DNA of 64,000 nt from an uncultured Ignavibacteria bacterium (GCA_964563085.1 CAZLVS010000002.1:62-64061), one strand, 5' to 3'; shown: positions 26,322 through 37,032, counted from the first letter of the stretch. Made by a program: numbers and translations. The notes: generated from the sequence alone by a model not told the origin.

Positions 26322-28958
26322 ATCCGGTTCTTCCGCGGACTTCACTCTCGCCGCCAAAATCGTAAAATCATCTCCCAGGGGAACCTCTCCAATAAACTCC
26401 CTGACCTTTAATTCGAGGTCTTTCAGGATTTCAGTCAACGGGCGGTCGAAATTCGCTTTGAGGTGCTCCTTGATTTTCTCCTCGCCATACATCTCACCAT
26501 CGGAATTCTCCGCTTCACTCACGCCATCGGTATAAAGGAATACGAGATCGCCTCCATGCAGTTCAATTACGTCCTGCTCATAGGGCATACCGGGCATGGC
26601 GCCCAGAAGCAGACCGCCTTTGGACAACTCCTTAATAGCGCCGTCCTTCCGGACCAGGAAAGGATGATTATGTCCTGCGTTCACATAGGAGAAAGTGGAA
26701 TTGCCGGTATCATAAACCCCCGAGAAAAATGTAATAAACTGGTCGGGGGGTGAATTTCTGTGTATCAGGTTGTTGATCCGTGCGATGATATCCGATAGCT
26801 GGATACCGGTCTGAGCATCTCCTTTCTCAGCTTCTCTTCCGGTGAGGGTGGTGATTTTACCGCTGACTTCGGACATCCGCGCGCCGATACTGACTGCCGT
26901 CCTGAATGACGCCTGAAGGTTGGACATCAAGATCGCCGCCCCGGCGCCCTTGCCGGAAACATCGCCCACCGCCAATACGGTGCGCTTTTCGTCAAGGTTC
27001 ATCACATCGTAGTAATCACCGGCGACCTCCAGACAGAACTTGCTGGATGCGGCAACCTCCAGCCCCGGCGTGTCGGGAATAGTCTGAGGCAGCAGCCCTT
27101 CCTGCACCTGTCTCGCCATACCCAATTCATGTTCCAGTCTGCGTTTGTCTAAGTTCTCTTCCATGAGGGTGATATTCTCCCCGGCGATAGCGATCTGATT
27201 GGCAAGCGAATGCAGGATATCCAGATCAATCGGTTCAAAATCCTTTTTCTCTGTTTTGTAGCCGATCGCCAGAAATCCCACCAGGCGAGACCGCGTAAAC
27301 ATCGGTAGTATCAAGGCGATTTGGTTATCAATCAGCCATTTCTTTTCTTCTTCGTTGAAGGATATTTTATCGCTGGCAATCGCTTCGTCAACCATTATAT
27401 GCGGACGTTTGGAATTCTCTAAGTCTTTTATGAACTCGCTGTCCGATCTAAAAGGCGTTTCCTCTCCATTCCACCGGGTCAGCGATTCCGTATTTTCGGA
27501 TCTGAGTATAGGGTAAACCAAGTCCACTCTCAGCACTTCTTTCAGTCTTTGCTCTAACTCAGTCCAGAAAGCCTTCTTCTCGGAAACGATTAACGATTGG
27601 GAGAGGAAGTTCCGCAGAAGTGTGCGCAGACGGCTTCGTTCCGGATAAAACCGTTTCTCCAGCGCTATTTGCAATTTACGCTGGGTGGGAGCGAATCCGA
27701 TAGCCAGGATTAGTGCCATAAAAAGCACCGGAGCATTTTGTTGCACTCCCAGCGATTTAAGCACGATTTCGCTGGCGCCGTAGATTATCAGGTAAAAAAC
27801 TAAAAGTAACACAGCGGTCACTGCAGCGTAACGCGTTCCGCGCCGTATTTTGCCTTCAACTTCCAGAAGCCGGTATTTACCGAAGGCGTAAGCAAAAGAT
27901 AATGGGGACAATAGCAATCCGAGAAAGACGACAATAAGGATAGCCACTACCTGGTATTCCTTCAGGGAGCCTAACCAAGAACCGGCCAACATAACCAGGA
28001 CGAGCAGAGCCCACCACAGGAATAATCCGATTCCGGAACCCCAGAGCACTAAACGTGTCTGCCTTTTCTCAAGAAGGTTTGGCGCCCTGGAATGATAGCT
28101 GCCAAGAATGAAAAATCCCACCCATATCTGTGCAGCCGCAATTGAAACTACGATATAGTTGGTAACCAGAGTGGTTACTATTAATACCATTATCATACCG
28201 ATAATCGGCGCTCCGTAGCATAATAAGTATGCTACAATGGGATGCTGAGCGATTAGCTTCCTGGGCCGTGGGAAAAGTAACTGCAGGTTCAGCCAGAATC
28301 CCCCCAAAAGAATCGCGAACATACCCAGGATATTGAATATGGTAGCCTCGAACGGGATCTCGAATACCGCGAAATATTGTAATCCTGACTGTATCCACAT
28401 CATTAATAAAATCGCCATTGAAAACGAGAAAAGCGACAGAGCCCTGACGGCTCCGGAATCAGGCTGTTTTACGTATGCCCAGAATCCCACCGCCCAAAAA
28501 AGCACCACAATCAAGAAACGTAATATACCCAGAGCTGAAGTCTGTAATATCTCGCTGTCTTCAACGGGCTGGAGCCTCATCTTTGTGATGAGAGTATCCT
28601 GATTACTCACCATTAGAAGCGTTACCGTGCTGTCCGATTGGTATCGTCCTCTAACTTCTTTAACCCAATTATTCCTGGTAGCCGGCAGATCATTAAATTG
28701 AATGATTGTATCATTCACTGTAGGAAATGGCTTAGAGAGAAAGTCGGTCGTGTCAATTTCACTGAATACAGCTAAACTGTCGATAATTACTTCGTCATTA
28801 CTTGAAACAATATGGAGCTTTCCCTTTTTATTCCCCGATTTCCGCCAATTCTCGAGACCGGATCCCTCCCTGATAAAAAACAGAATAGCCGCTATCAGGA
28901 TAAATCCGCCTATTACCGGCACAAACCATTTAGCTAATTTGGGAAAAAAAGACTTCAT
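26319..28958 (-). CDS. membrane sensor with GAF-like and SpoIIE/PP2C phosphatase domains
   Basis: Multiple TMs; VAGDYYD, GDVSGKG, YVNAGH, YTDGVSEA and DDFT motifs. Confidence 0.9.
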   Translation of the reverse strand: MKSFFPKLAKWFVPVIGGFILIAAILFFIREGSGLENWRKSGNKKGKLHIVSSNDEVIIDSLAVFSEIDTTDFLSKPFPTVNDTIIQFNDLPATRNNWVKEVRGRYQSDSTVTLLMVSNQDTLITKMRLQPVEDSEILQTSALGILRFLIVVLFWAVGFWAYVKQPDSGAVRALSLFSFSMAILLMMWIQSGLQYFAVFEIPFEATIFNILGMFAILLGGFWLNLQLLFPRPRKLIAQHPIVAYLLCYGAPIIGMIMVLIVTTLVTNYIVVSIAAAQIWVGFFILGSYHSRAPNLLEKRQTRLVLWGSGIGLFLWWALLVLVMLAGSWLGSLKEYQVVAILIVVFLGLLLSPLSFAYAFGKYRLLEVEGKIRRGTRYAAVTAVLLLVFYLIIYGASEIVLKSLGVQQNAPVLFMALILAIGFAPTQRKLQIALEKRFYPERSRLRTLLRNFLSQSLIVSEKKAFWTELEQRLKEVLRVDLVYPILRSENTESLTRWNGEETPFRSDSEFIKDLENSKRPHIMVDEAIASDKISFNEEEKKWLIDNQIALILPMFTRSRLVGFLAIGYKTEKKDFEPIDLDILHSLANQIAIAGENITLMEENLDKRRLEHELGMARQVQEGLLPQTIPDTPGLEVAASSKFCLEVAGDYYDVMNLDEKRTVLAVGDVSGKGAGAAILMSNLQASFRTAVSIGARMSEVSGKITTLTGREAEKGDAQTGIQLSDIIARINNLIHRNSPPDQFITFFSGVYDTGNSTFSYVNAGHNHPFLVRKDGAIKELSKGGLLLGAMPGMPYEQDVIELHGGDLVFLYTDGVSEAENSDGEMYGEEKIKEHLKANFDRPLTEILKDLELKVREFIGEVPLGDDFTILAARVKSAEEPD

Positions 28959-29114
28959 CTTGATACGTCACCAATTAATACTGCAGAATAAATCAATTGT
29001 CGAAACAACGCAAGATTTAATATGGGTCGTAAAATCCATTAAACTTTTTGGGATTTTACGGTGTCTGATTATATTGAGAGTAGAAGTCGAAAACCGCTAA
29101 TGAGGAGTTCGAAA

Positions 29115-31550
29115 ATGATAAACCGCAATATTACATGGTTATTATGTTGTTTATTTCTTGTTACCTTAGTTATCCAGGCAAACGCTGATTTATCCGAGGA
29201 TGTCATCAATCGGGATTTTCCCCCCATTTATGTATCAATAGTCACGCATAACGAAGAACCCCCGCAGTATCCCGATTTCACGGTTAACGAACCGGCTTTT
29301 TGGATTTACCGGGAGGCGGTTGTAGAATTTGCCGATATGCTTTTCGATGAAGGCGCAGCGTATAACTATCAATCGGAATGGAACTTCCTGCTGGCGGCAA
29401 CCATGTATGATACCGGTACGCCCTCCACTAACGGCAAAAATATATTGCGTTATTTAAAGGAGGATTTGGGCTTCGAGATCGATCCGCATGCCCATGAAAC
29501 CCAATACAATTATGCTGATGTTGCCTGTCTGATTGAGGAGCTGGGAGTGCCGACTTCATCGACGGTCGGCGGTTTTATCGCCTTCCCACCGGAAGATTCC
29601 AAACTTGAATACCTATGGCAGCCTCTATTCGGGTGGAATTATCCCCAGTTCACCTGGCAGGCGGAAATATTGTGGGGCGGCGCAACATATATGCATCAAA
29701 ACGAGGAAATGCTCTGGGTATCCGGTGTCTGGAAACCGAAGGATGATGGACATTTTCTTGAACACGACGAGAATGCTCCGCTGCCGCATATAGGAGGTTA
29801 TGCCGGAGGTTGGGAGGGATTATATGATTTACTGCAAAAGCAGCAGGATGGAGAGTTGGAAGAGGGTAAGATATATACAAAGACGATATTCGCCCCGCAA
29901 TCGAGGATGCTAAATCCGGAATATATCGAGGGGTTCCGCGCGGAAGTGCAGAACCTGGAAACATATACGCAGGCGGGATTGATCAGATGGGTCGGTTTGG
30001 CTGAAGTTATAGACATCTGGATCAACGAATACAATTCCGAACCGAATATGCTTCCATATACAGACGCGGAGGAAGTGTGGGTATACAATCCCACCAGCGG
30101 AGTGGACTTATACTGCCATATCCACCGTTCCGGCGATTTCGACAGCAATCTAACCTATCCCGGCGTGGTACTTATACCCGGCGGCAGCGGGGAGGGAACA
30201 TCATTCGACGCCAACGGACAGGCGGATGCCTTTGCGGATGCAGGTTTTATCGTCATGCATTTCGATCCCGACGGGAGAGGGCTGTCAACTAATGGCGGCC
30301 AGTATACCGAAGAGGATTACAACGGTTTCATTCAGCAGGACGGGTTAAGAGAGGTATTTCAATATCTTGTGGATTTGCCGGAGACCGATGATGACAACTG
30401 CGGCATGTTTTCCAATTCTTACGGGATAACTATGGCGGCGGGGACATTAGCTCGATATCCAACCAATCCCCACGCTAAATTCTTGATAGATTTTGAAGGA
30501 CCCCACAATCGGACTGTTACTGCCCAGATCAACGGCGGACATGTTCCCCATGATACCTCCGATGCGGAATTCTGGTCGGAGCGGGAAGCTGATCAATTTA
30601 TGCCGTCGGCAACTTGCTATTATACCAGAATACAGACTGTTATCGATCATAATCCGAACATAACCGATAACCGTCATGCCATCGCTCTGATTAATGCGGC
30701 AACCGATACTATCTTCGGCGGCGATGGAGTCTGTCCCTGGACGATTGCCAATGACGACATTATCAACGATCCCAATCAAGTTTACACTATTCAGGGACCT
30801 CCGTCATGGCTGCCGGAACAAGCTGACCATATCCCCTACCGTGTGAATAGATTGGAGGATATGGCGAATATGCCGCCGAATTACGTTTCCATCGGGATGA
30901 CACCCGATGAGGAACCGATAGTTGTTCCTCCGGGAGGTTATTTTACTTTCACAGGTATCCTCGCCAATCAAACAGACCAACCCAAAAATGCGGATGTATG
31001 GGTGATGGTTGATGTCCCCGGTTATGGGCTGTACGGGCCTGTTCAGAGATTTAATAATGTACCGCTGCAGCCGGAACAGATTATCAGCGTTGCTGGGGTG
31101 AGACAGAATATCCCCGGATCGGTCCCGGCAGGTAGCTATAATTATCTGGCATACAGCGGAGAATACCCAGCCGCGATTTTTGATTCCGCATGGTTTGAAT
31201 TCACGGTTGCATCGGAAGGCGCCGATAGGAACGTTGACGGCTGGGTCTTGGATGGGTGGTTTTCCAATCCCGATGAGACGGTTCCGGCTTCAATTGAATT
31301 GTCGAAGAACTATCCGAATCCTTTCAACGTCTCAACGAGTATCACCTTCAGCTTGCCGCAAGAATGTCATGTCAGCCTCCAAGTATATAACTTGATGGGA
31401 CAGAAGGTCGCCACACCGGTCGATGGACTTTTTGAAGCCGGACAACATAACGTTTCATGGGATGCATCGAATTACTCCAGCGGAGCTTATTTTTATAAAT
31501 TGGAAGTCGGCGATAAAGTGATCACGAAGCGGATGACGCTGCTCAAGTAA
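29115..31550 (+). CDS. secreted multidomain protein: metal-hydrolase-like domain, alpha/beta-hydrolase-like domain, pre-CTD domain, T9SS-like CTD
   Basis: Signal peptide; HNEE, HAH, FDPDGRGLS, SNSYG motifs; NYPNPFN..KRMTLLK; start set after GAGGAG. Confidence 0.8.
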   Translation: MINRNITWLLCCLFLVTLVIQANADLSEDVINRDFPPIYVSIVTHNEEPPQYPDFTVNEPAFWIYREAVVEFADMLFDEGAAYNYQSEWNFLLAATMYDTGTPSTNGKNILRYLKEDLGFEIDPHAHETQYNYADVACLIEELGVPTSSTVGGFIAFPPEDSKLEYLWQPLFGWNYPQFTWQAEILWGGATYMHQNEEMLWVSGVWKPKDDGHFLEHDENAPLPHIGGYAGGWEGLYDLLQKQQDGELEEGKIYTKTIFAPQSRMLNPEYIEGFRAEVQNLETYTQAGLIRWVGLAEVIDIWINEYNSEPNMLPYTDAEEVWVYNPTSGVDLYCHIHRSGDFDSNLTYPGVVLIPGGSGEGTSFDANGQADAFADAGFIVMHFDPDGRGLSTNGGQYTEEDYNGFIQQDGLREVFQYLVDLPETDDDNCGMFSNSYGITMAAGTLARYPTNPHAKFLIDFEGPHNRTVTAQINGGHVPHDTSDAEFWSEREADQFMPSATCYYTRIQTVIDHNPNITDNRHAIALINAATDTIFGGDGVCPWTIANDDIINDPNQVYTIQGPPSWLPEQADHIPYRVNRLEDMANMPPNYVSIGMTPDEEPIVVPPGGYFTFTGILANQTDQPKNADVWVMVDVPGYGLYGPVQRFNNVPLQPEQIISVAGVRQNIPGSVPAGSYNYLAYSGEYPAAIFDSAWFEFTVASEGADRNVDGWVLDGWFSNPDETVPASIELSKNYPNPFNVSTSITFSLPQECHVSLQVYNLMGQKVATPVDGLFEAGQHNVSWDASNYSSGAYFYKLEVGDKVITKRMTLLK

Positions 31551-31554
31551 TATA

Positions 31555-31615
31555 ACACACCCCGTCTTCATCCCGCAAAATGCGGGATGAAGACACCCCT
31601 CTCCGGAGGGGGATG
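31555..31615. repeat. extragenic palindrome
   Basis: GTCTTCATCCCGC-AAAAT-GCGGGATGAAGAC stem followed by CCCCTCTCCGGAGGGG. Confidence 0.6.
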
Positions 31616-31800
31616 AAATGTAGCGGCGAGGGGGTATGTTTAACCCGCCATTGATTGATGACAAAGTAATCTTGCATATCAGAGATTCCGGACTTCAGTT
31701 CGGGGAGTTTCACGGTTCTTAATAACCGAGGACTTTGGTCCTCATAAGGTCATGTAGAGGAGTAGTATACAAGAAGGGTTAAAATCCGTCATTATTAAAA

Positions 31801-31965
31801 TAGCCTGTATTATTCACAAATTGAGTTATCGGCAGCGGAAGCCTTGCGCTTCCGGCGTCTTTTTGAAACCCTCAATTCCAGTCTGTATATGATCTACTTC
31901 TATTAAACTCCCGAAGGACAAACCTTCGGCTGCGGATTAATGCTGTTTGTGAAGTATCCGGGAGA
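31801..31965 (+). mobile_element. 165-bp MITE-like repeat, copy 5
   Basis: Same architecture; last bases of the right TIR altered. Confidence 0.85.
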
Positions 31966-32079
31966 GTAATACTCCCCATGTTAAAACGTGGGGACTCGCA
32001 GCACCTTTCAGCAGACTTGTTGGAATGGTCGGGGCATTAGCGGAGTACGATTAGTTTCATGCCTACTGATGGAAATCCT

Positions 32080-32877
32080 TTACCAGCTACTCGCGGTTCC
32101 CACGAAATGATTGGTGGGACCGTGTCCCTGCCCTAAGTCTGCGCTGTGCGCGATAGCTTCGGAAATGAAGCTCTTGGCTCTATTAATTGCCTCGAGTGGA
32201 GCATATCCTTTAGCCAATCCCGCTGCGATCGCCGATGAAAAGGTACAACCGGTGCCATGGGTATTTTTGGTTGAGAATAATTGTGATGACAGTTCATGGA
32301 ATTGCTTGCCATCGAAAACAATGTCCACAGCCTCGCGGGAATTATCCAGATGCCCGCCTTTAACCACCACGAATTTACATCCTATCTCCTTTAACTCGCG
32401 TGCCGCCTCTTTTGCGGTATCAATACTATCAACCTTTTTCCCGGTTAATGTCTCGGCTTCGAATCTATTGGGCGTTATCACGTCAGCGAGGGGCAACAAG
32501 TACTCCTTGATAGTACTGCGAGCTTCCTCCGAGAGTAGAGGATCGCCGCTTTTCGCCACCATCACCGGATCGACAACGAGATTATTTAGATTGTATCTCT
32601 TAACAGAGTCGGCAACAGCAATGGTGATTTCGGGATTCGAAAGCATCCCGACCTTCACCGCATCGGAACCGATATCATCCAGACAGCTTTTGATTTGTTC
32701 AACAACCATGTTAACGGGAATGTCGAACACTGCTTGTACGCCGACAGTGTTCTCAGCTACGATAGCAGTTATAGCCGACATCCCGAAGACGTGAAAGGCT
32801 GAAAATGTCTTTAGATCAGCCTGGATACCGGCTCCGCCGCTGCAATCGGAGCCGGCTATTGTCAATGCTCTTTTCAA
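32080..32877 (-). CDS. thiD: HMP/HMP-P kinase ThiD
   Basis: LTIAGSD.SGGAGIQADLKT, VDPVM, ITPN..EA and THGTGC motifs. Confidence 0.96.
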   Translation of the reverse strand: MKRALTIAGSDCSGGAGIQADLKTFSAFHVFGMSAITAIVAENTVGVQAVFDIPVNMVVEQIKSCLDDIGSDAVKVGMLSNPEITIAVADSVKRYNLNNLVVDPVMVAKSGDPLLSEEARSTIKEYLLPLADVITPNRFEAETLTGKKVDSIDTAKEAARELKEIGCKFVVVKGGHLDNSREAVDIVFDGKQFHELSSQLFSTKNTHGTGCTFSSAIAAGLAKGYAPLEAINRAKSFISEAIAHSADLGQGHGPTNHFVGTASSW

Positions 32878-33533
32878 TTTGATCCCTCCGCATTTTCGAT
32901 TTCAGATTTAATCTCCTGGGAAGCCCTTTCGATATCATCGGAGGCTACAATCGCTGATATCACTGCCGCTCCGCAAGCTCCTGCTTTTATAACCTCCGAT
33001 ACGTTGTTATTGTTAATTCCTCCAATAGCAATAACCGGTATGCTGCACTGCGAGCAGGCTTTCCTCAGCAGCTTCAATCCCAATGGTTCTCCGGCATCCG
33101 ACTTGGTCGCTCTGGCTTCGAAAACCGGACCGAAGCCGATATAATCAGCGCCATCCTTTTCCGCCTGGATCGCCTGGGCGACTGTGATCGCGGACACTCC
33201 CAGTATCATTTCATCGCCGATAAGCTCCCGAGTTATCTTTGCGGGAATATCATCCTGTCCCACATGTACGCCATCGGCTCCGGAGGCGATGGCGATATCC
33301 ACACGGTCATTGACGATGAATGGCGCTCCGGTTCTGTGGGCTAACTCACGGATTTCACGCGCCGCCTCGAGAAGCTTCTTACCTGATGCATCTTTGTCGC
33401 GCAACTGGATAGCATCGGCGCCTCCTTTTAGCGCGACCTCCGCAATTCGTTGATGAGTGCGCCCGCGCGAAAGGACTTCATCGGTAATAACGTAAAGCTT
33501 CCATAAAGAAGGATTCGTAATCCTGGATTTCAT
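32874..33533 (-). CDS. thiE: thiamine-phosphate synthase ThiE
   Basis: LYVITD, QLRDK, NDRVD, GVHVGQDD and AIGGI motifs; start reset to MKSRITN. Confidence 0.95.
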   Translation of the reverse strand: MKSRITNPSLWKLYVITDEVLSRGRTHQRIAEVALKGGADAIQLRDKDASGKKLLEAAREIRELAHRTGAPFIVNDRVDIAIASGADGVHVGQDDIPAKITRELIGDEMILGVSAITVAQAIQAEKDGADYIGFGPVFEARATKSDAGEPLGLKLLRKACSQCSIPVIAIGGINNNNVSEVIKAGACGAAVISAIVASDDIERASQEIKSEIENAEGSN

Positions 33534-33543
33534 ATTATCCTCA

Positions 33544-34230
33544 TCATACAGGTATAATCGGGGGCCATTCTTCCTTAGTCCAGCCCATTTCAAAAAACAG
33601 CAATTCGAACCTGGCGCTGTATTGATATAGATAGAACCAGTGTTCTTTCTGTTCGGTGGAACTCTCACGAGCGAAACAGTTCATTTTATCTATGAGCCAC
33701 TGCACCAAATCATTCATCTCGTCGGATGAATAGGTTTCTATCCAATCCCTGTAATGCTTCTGATCCGGCATGCCCTTTGACCGAAGGTTTTCGGCAATCT
33801 CTACATAGCCTGATGCACACGGCAGCAAAACCGCCGTAATATCGCTCAAGGCTCCCTCATAGCAAGCGTAATTCAGGAATTTGGCGTAGGCGGTTGTTGT
33901 CAATCCCGGTTTGGTTCCTTCCAATTCCTCATTCGTGATTCCGTAATCGGCACAAACCCTCCGATGCAGCTCCATTTCCATTTTGAGGGTGGCGTTAAGT
34001 AAATCCGCAAACATAGTCATGTCGGCGAGGTTTCTCGCCTTCGCCGCGGCTAAGGCGAATACTCGGCTGAATTCAATCAAGTAAGCATAATCCTGCTTGA
34101 GGTAAAACTCAAACCGGTCTTTGGAAAGCGTGCCATCGCCTATCCCCCGAACGAAAGGATGCTTTATAATCTCCGCCCAAAGCGGATCAGATCGTTGACG
34201 CATTTCTTTTACAAACTCAGAATACTCCAT
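33544..34230 (-). CDS. tenA: thiaminase II TenA (Cys-containing)
   Basis: HPFV..IGDGTL, YLKQDYAYL, E.ELH, LLPC..GY and WI.TY motifs. Confidence 0.93.
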   Translation of the reverse strand: MEYSEFVKEMRQRSDPLWAEIIKHPFVRGIGDGTLSKDRFEFYLKQDYAYLIEFSRVFALAAAKARNLADMTMFADLLNATLKMEMELHRRVCADYGITNEELEGTKPGLTTTAYAKFLNYACYEGALSDITAVLLPCASGYVEIAENLRSKGMPDQKHYRDWIETYSSDEMNDLVQWLIDKMNCFARESSTEQKEHWFYLYQYSARFELLFFEMGWTKEEWPPIIPV

Positions 34231-34247
34231 AATCATCTCCTTTGGTT

Positions 34248-35306
34248 TTACCGTTGAGCGGCGGCTTTGCCGAAAGCAGCCCAGAAGGGATCAACCTGCG
34301 GATGCCTCATCTCCACCTTCCTGCCGTTCTCAAAGTAATGCGTACCCTTCTCTTTTTCAACAACTTCACCAACCACAGTTGCGGGGATTCCCTTACTGTC
34401 TAATCTCCCCAGCGCTTCTTTCGATTTGTGCGGACGACAGGTTATTATAAGTGTTCCTTCGCTAATTGAAGTATAGGGATCTATTTTGAAATACTCGCAG
34501 ATTTTTGCCGCCTTTTCCCCGAGGATTATTTTCTCCTTATCCACAACGAGCCCAACACCCGATGCTTGAGCAATCTCCGCAAGTCCGCCCCAGACGCCGC
34601 ATTCGGTAGCATCATGCATGGCGGTAACGCCATCATCCCGCACGCCGACCTCCACCGCTGTCAGGGCATCTTCAACCACCGACATCTGGTAAAATATCCC
34701 TTCTGCTTCTCTTGAAAACTCCTTACCGTACGCCTCGGAGAGTCTATCCGGAAATGTAACGGCGAATAAACCGGAAGCTTCAATGGCAGCTCCTTTTGTG
34801 ATTATTATCTCATCGCCGACTCTTGCCATTGTAGGCGCAACATATTTATCTTTATCCCCGATACAAATTACGGTAGCTCCGCCAACCATGGGGTATTCGC
34901 ATCCTTCGTATCGCCCCGTATGCCCGGAAACAATCGCCATACCGATTTTTTCGCATTCTCTGTGCATGGTAGCCCACATCTCCTCGAAATTCTCCCGGTT
35001 TATAGACATCGGAAGATTCAAATCGATGGATATATATTGCGGCTGTAAACCGGAGGTTACAGCATCCGATGCTAAAATGTGTATGGCAAACCAGGCTGAT
35101 CTCTGCCATCCATAGGGCGGCACGATGAACACCGGATCGGTCGTGGACACCATAACTTTTCCGTTACCGAGATCCACCACTCCGATATCCACTCCATTTC
35201 GCGGACCTATTAACACATCTTTCCTCTTTTTCCCCAGTTGCGGAAGTATCACCTCATCAAATATCTCAGCAGAAATTTTGCCAATTTCCGGCATTTGCGC
35301 TTTCAT
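34248..35306 (-). CDS. AIR synthase-related (PurM/ThiL/HypE superfamily) protein
   Basis: STTDP, ASD, SGHTG, MHDATE.GV.G.L.E and SEGTL motifs. Confidence 0.85.
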   Translation of the reverse strand: MKAQMPEIGKISAEIFDEVILPQLGKKRKDVLIGPRNGVDIGVVDLGNGKVMVSTTDPVFIVPPYGWQRSAWFAIHILASDAVTSGLQPQYISIDLNLPMSINRENFEEMWATMHRECEKIGMAIVSGHTGRYEGCEYPMVGGATVICIGDKDKYVAPTMARVGDEIIITKGAAIEASGLFAVTFPDRLSEAYGKEFSREAEGIFYQMSVVEDALTAVEVGVRDDGVTAMHDATECGVWGGLAEIAQASGVGLVVDKEKIILGEKAAKICEYFKIDPYTSISEGTLIITCRPHKSKEALGRLDSKGIPATVVGEVVEKEKGTHYFENGRKVEMRHPQVDPFWAAFGKAAAQR

Positions 35307-35560
35307 ATTTATATCTCCTATTTGGATATTCATTTAATATTAACAAATGACAGCTAATCAACTAATTTATAGTGATTTTAGCGGAAAAGCCAGTAGTTTC
35401 CTGTTTGCTAATATATATACAAATAAAACCTTATTAAATCAATAGGATATTAAGATTAAGTGAGGTATTAAGTAATGTTTGCATTAGGTTTTGCGGCGTC
35501 TCCTATCGGCACTCGCAAAGGCTTTTGCAGCATAATTTTATAGTAGCCCAATATATCTAA

Positions 35561-35586
35561 CGCGGCATTTTGGATAAATGCCGCGC
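35561..35586 (-). terminator. hairpin downstream of the 35605-37032 gene
   Basis: CGCGGCATTT..AAATGCCGCG inverted repeat. Confidence 0.5.
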
Positions 35587-35604
35587 ATGTCTAACAACTA
35601 ACAA

Positions 35605-37032
35605 CTACTTAATTACCGTCATCCGTTTGGTAATTGTATTCCCATCGACGGTAAGCCTGTACAAATAGATTCCCGACGCTTCCCGGGATGCATCCCACGA
35701 AACCGAGTGATTTCCTTGTGACATACTGCGATTCGTCAGCATCTTTACCGATTCACCGAGGAGATTGAATATCTCAAGCTGAACGCTTGCGGCTTCAGGT
35801 ATTGTGAAATCAATTTCGGTTGTCGCATTAAACGGATTGGGACGATTAGTTATGAGGATGAAATCCTCCGGTTTTGCATTTCCCGAATCCGTGAACCAAT
35901 CACTCAAATCCCAGCTTCGAGCCGCGTTTTCAATCTTTGAAGTCACCGTAAACGGGAAGGAAACCTGAGCTGTTGCATCGTCAGGATAATCACCGCAGAA
36001 GGCGATATAATCATAGTCCCCCGCCGGCGCGTATCCCGGCACCTGCTGAACAATGCCTGCTTGAGTCAACGTTTGATAAGCTCCGATATAGATTTCATTA
36101 AAACGGTTCAACGGTCCATACATTCCATAACCGGGCACATCAAGCATTATCCAAATATCCGTGCTTTGCGGTGTATAGGTATTATTAATAAGTACACCCG
36201 TATAAGTGAACGAACCGCCCGCCGGCACTATAATCGGGGGATTATCCGGTATCATGTCTATCGAAAGAACCTGCGAACTCCAGCCGGAAACCGAAGCCAT
36301 CATCCACCACCAGGCTTTTCCCTTTTGATAACAGTTGAAACATTGGGAATGGGCACAACCACAAGAGGGGCAATCGTGAGTTTCACACCAATCATAACAC
36401 CATCCGCAGGCATCGCTCTCATAAGGGTAGTAATTACCATCAGGATCGTAGCTTTCTATGTCCGCAAAATCGAATAAAACCTTTTCGTTGACAGCGCAGT
36501 AGTCGCGTATCTGATTATTCCGCTGGTATAGATTCCCATCGGGACCGGAACCATCGAGGTGACCCGTCATGTAAATAAAGATCACGTCGGGATATTGACC
36601 TTCGAGTTCGTTCATCTTATTAAGATAGATATCTATACCCTCCGGTGTGTTATCGGAAACGCCTCCGCACCAGGAAAACATAGCCATATTACATCCCGGA
36701 TTAGCATCCAGATATTGCCTGGTGTGGGCAACCCAGGATGTATCGCCGTTATGCCCCAGATCGTCACTCCGTTCGTAGAAGTATGGTGGCGTGTAGACAG
36801 GAATTTCATCTTCTAATAAATTAATCCCTGTCATTATCTGGCTTCCGTGGGATGTATGAACATAATAGATATGATAATCATTAGTAATGGAATTTATTAC
36901 ATCCTCCGGGATGAGCTCGAATTCACCGGTTGATAGGTGATCCGCAATAATAGCATCGGCAAACGCCGCATTTGCAGGAATAAAGGAAACAAAAACAATT
37001 AAAAATAGAACCAATAGGCTTCTATTTGTCAT
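35605..37032 (-). CDS. secreted protein: unknown (SGNH-like?) domain, pre-CTD domain, T9SS-like CTD
   Basis: Signal peptide; HTSHGSQI, LFDFADIES and CAHS motifs; NRPNPFN..KRMTVIK. Confidence 0.8.
   Translation of the reverse strand: MTNRSLLVLFLIVFVSFIPANAAFADAIIADHLSTGEFELIPEDVINSITNDYHIYYVHTSHGSQIMTGINLLEDEIPVYTPPYFYERSDDLGHNGDTSWVAHTRQYLDANPGCNMAMFSWCGGVSDNTPEGIDIYLNKMNELEGQYPDVIFIYMTGHLDGSGPDGNLYQRNNQIRDYCAVNEKVLFDFADIESYDPDGNYYPYESDACGWCYDWCETHDCPSCGCAHSQCFNCYQKGKAWWWMMASVSGWSSQVLSIDMIPDNPPIIVPAGGSFTYTGVLINNTYTPQSTDIWIMLDVPGYGMYGPLNRFNEIYIGAYQTLTQAGIVQQVPGYAPAGDYDYIAFCGDYPDDATAQVSFPFTVTSKIENAARSWDLSDWFTDSGNAKPEDFILITNRPNPFNATTEIDFTIPEAASVQLEIFNLLGESVKMLTNRSMSQGNHSVSWDASREASGIYLYRLTVDGNTITKRMTVIK

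Noticed and set aside
35307-35604. TPP riboswitch upstream of the thiamine operon
   Set aside because: No CTGAGA or CCTGA..GGGA core on the minus strand; region is AT-rich
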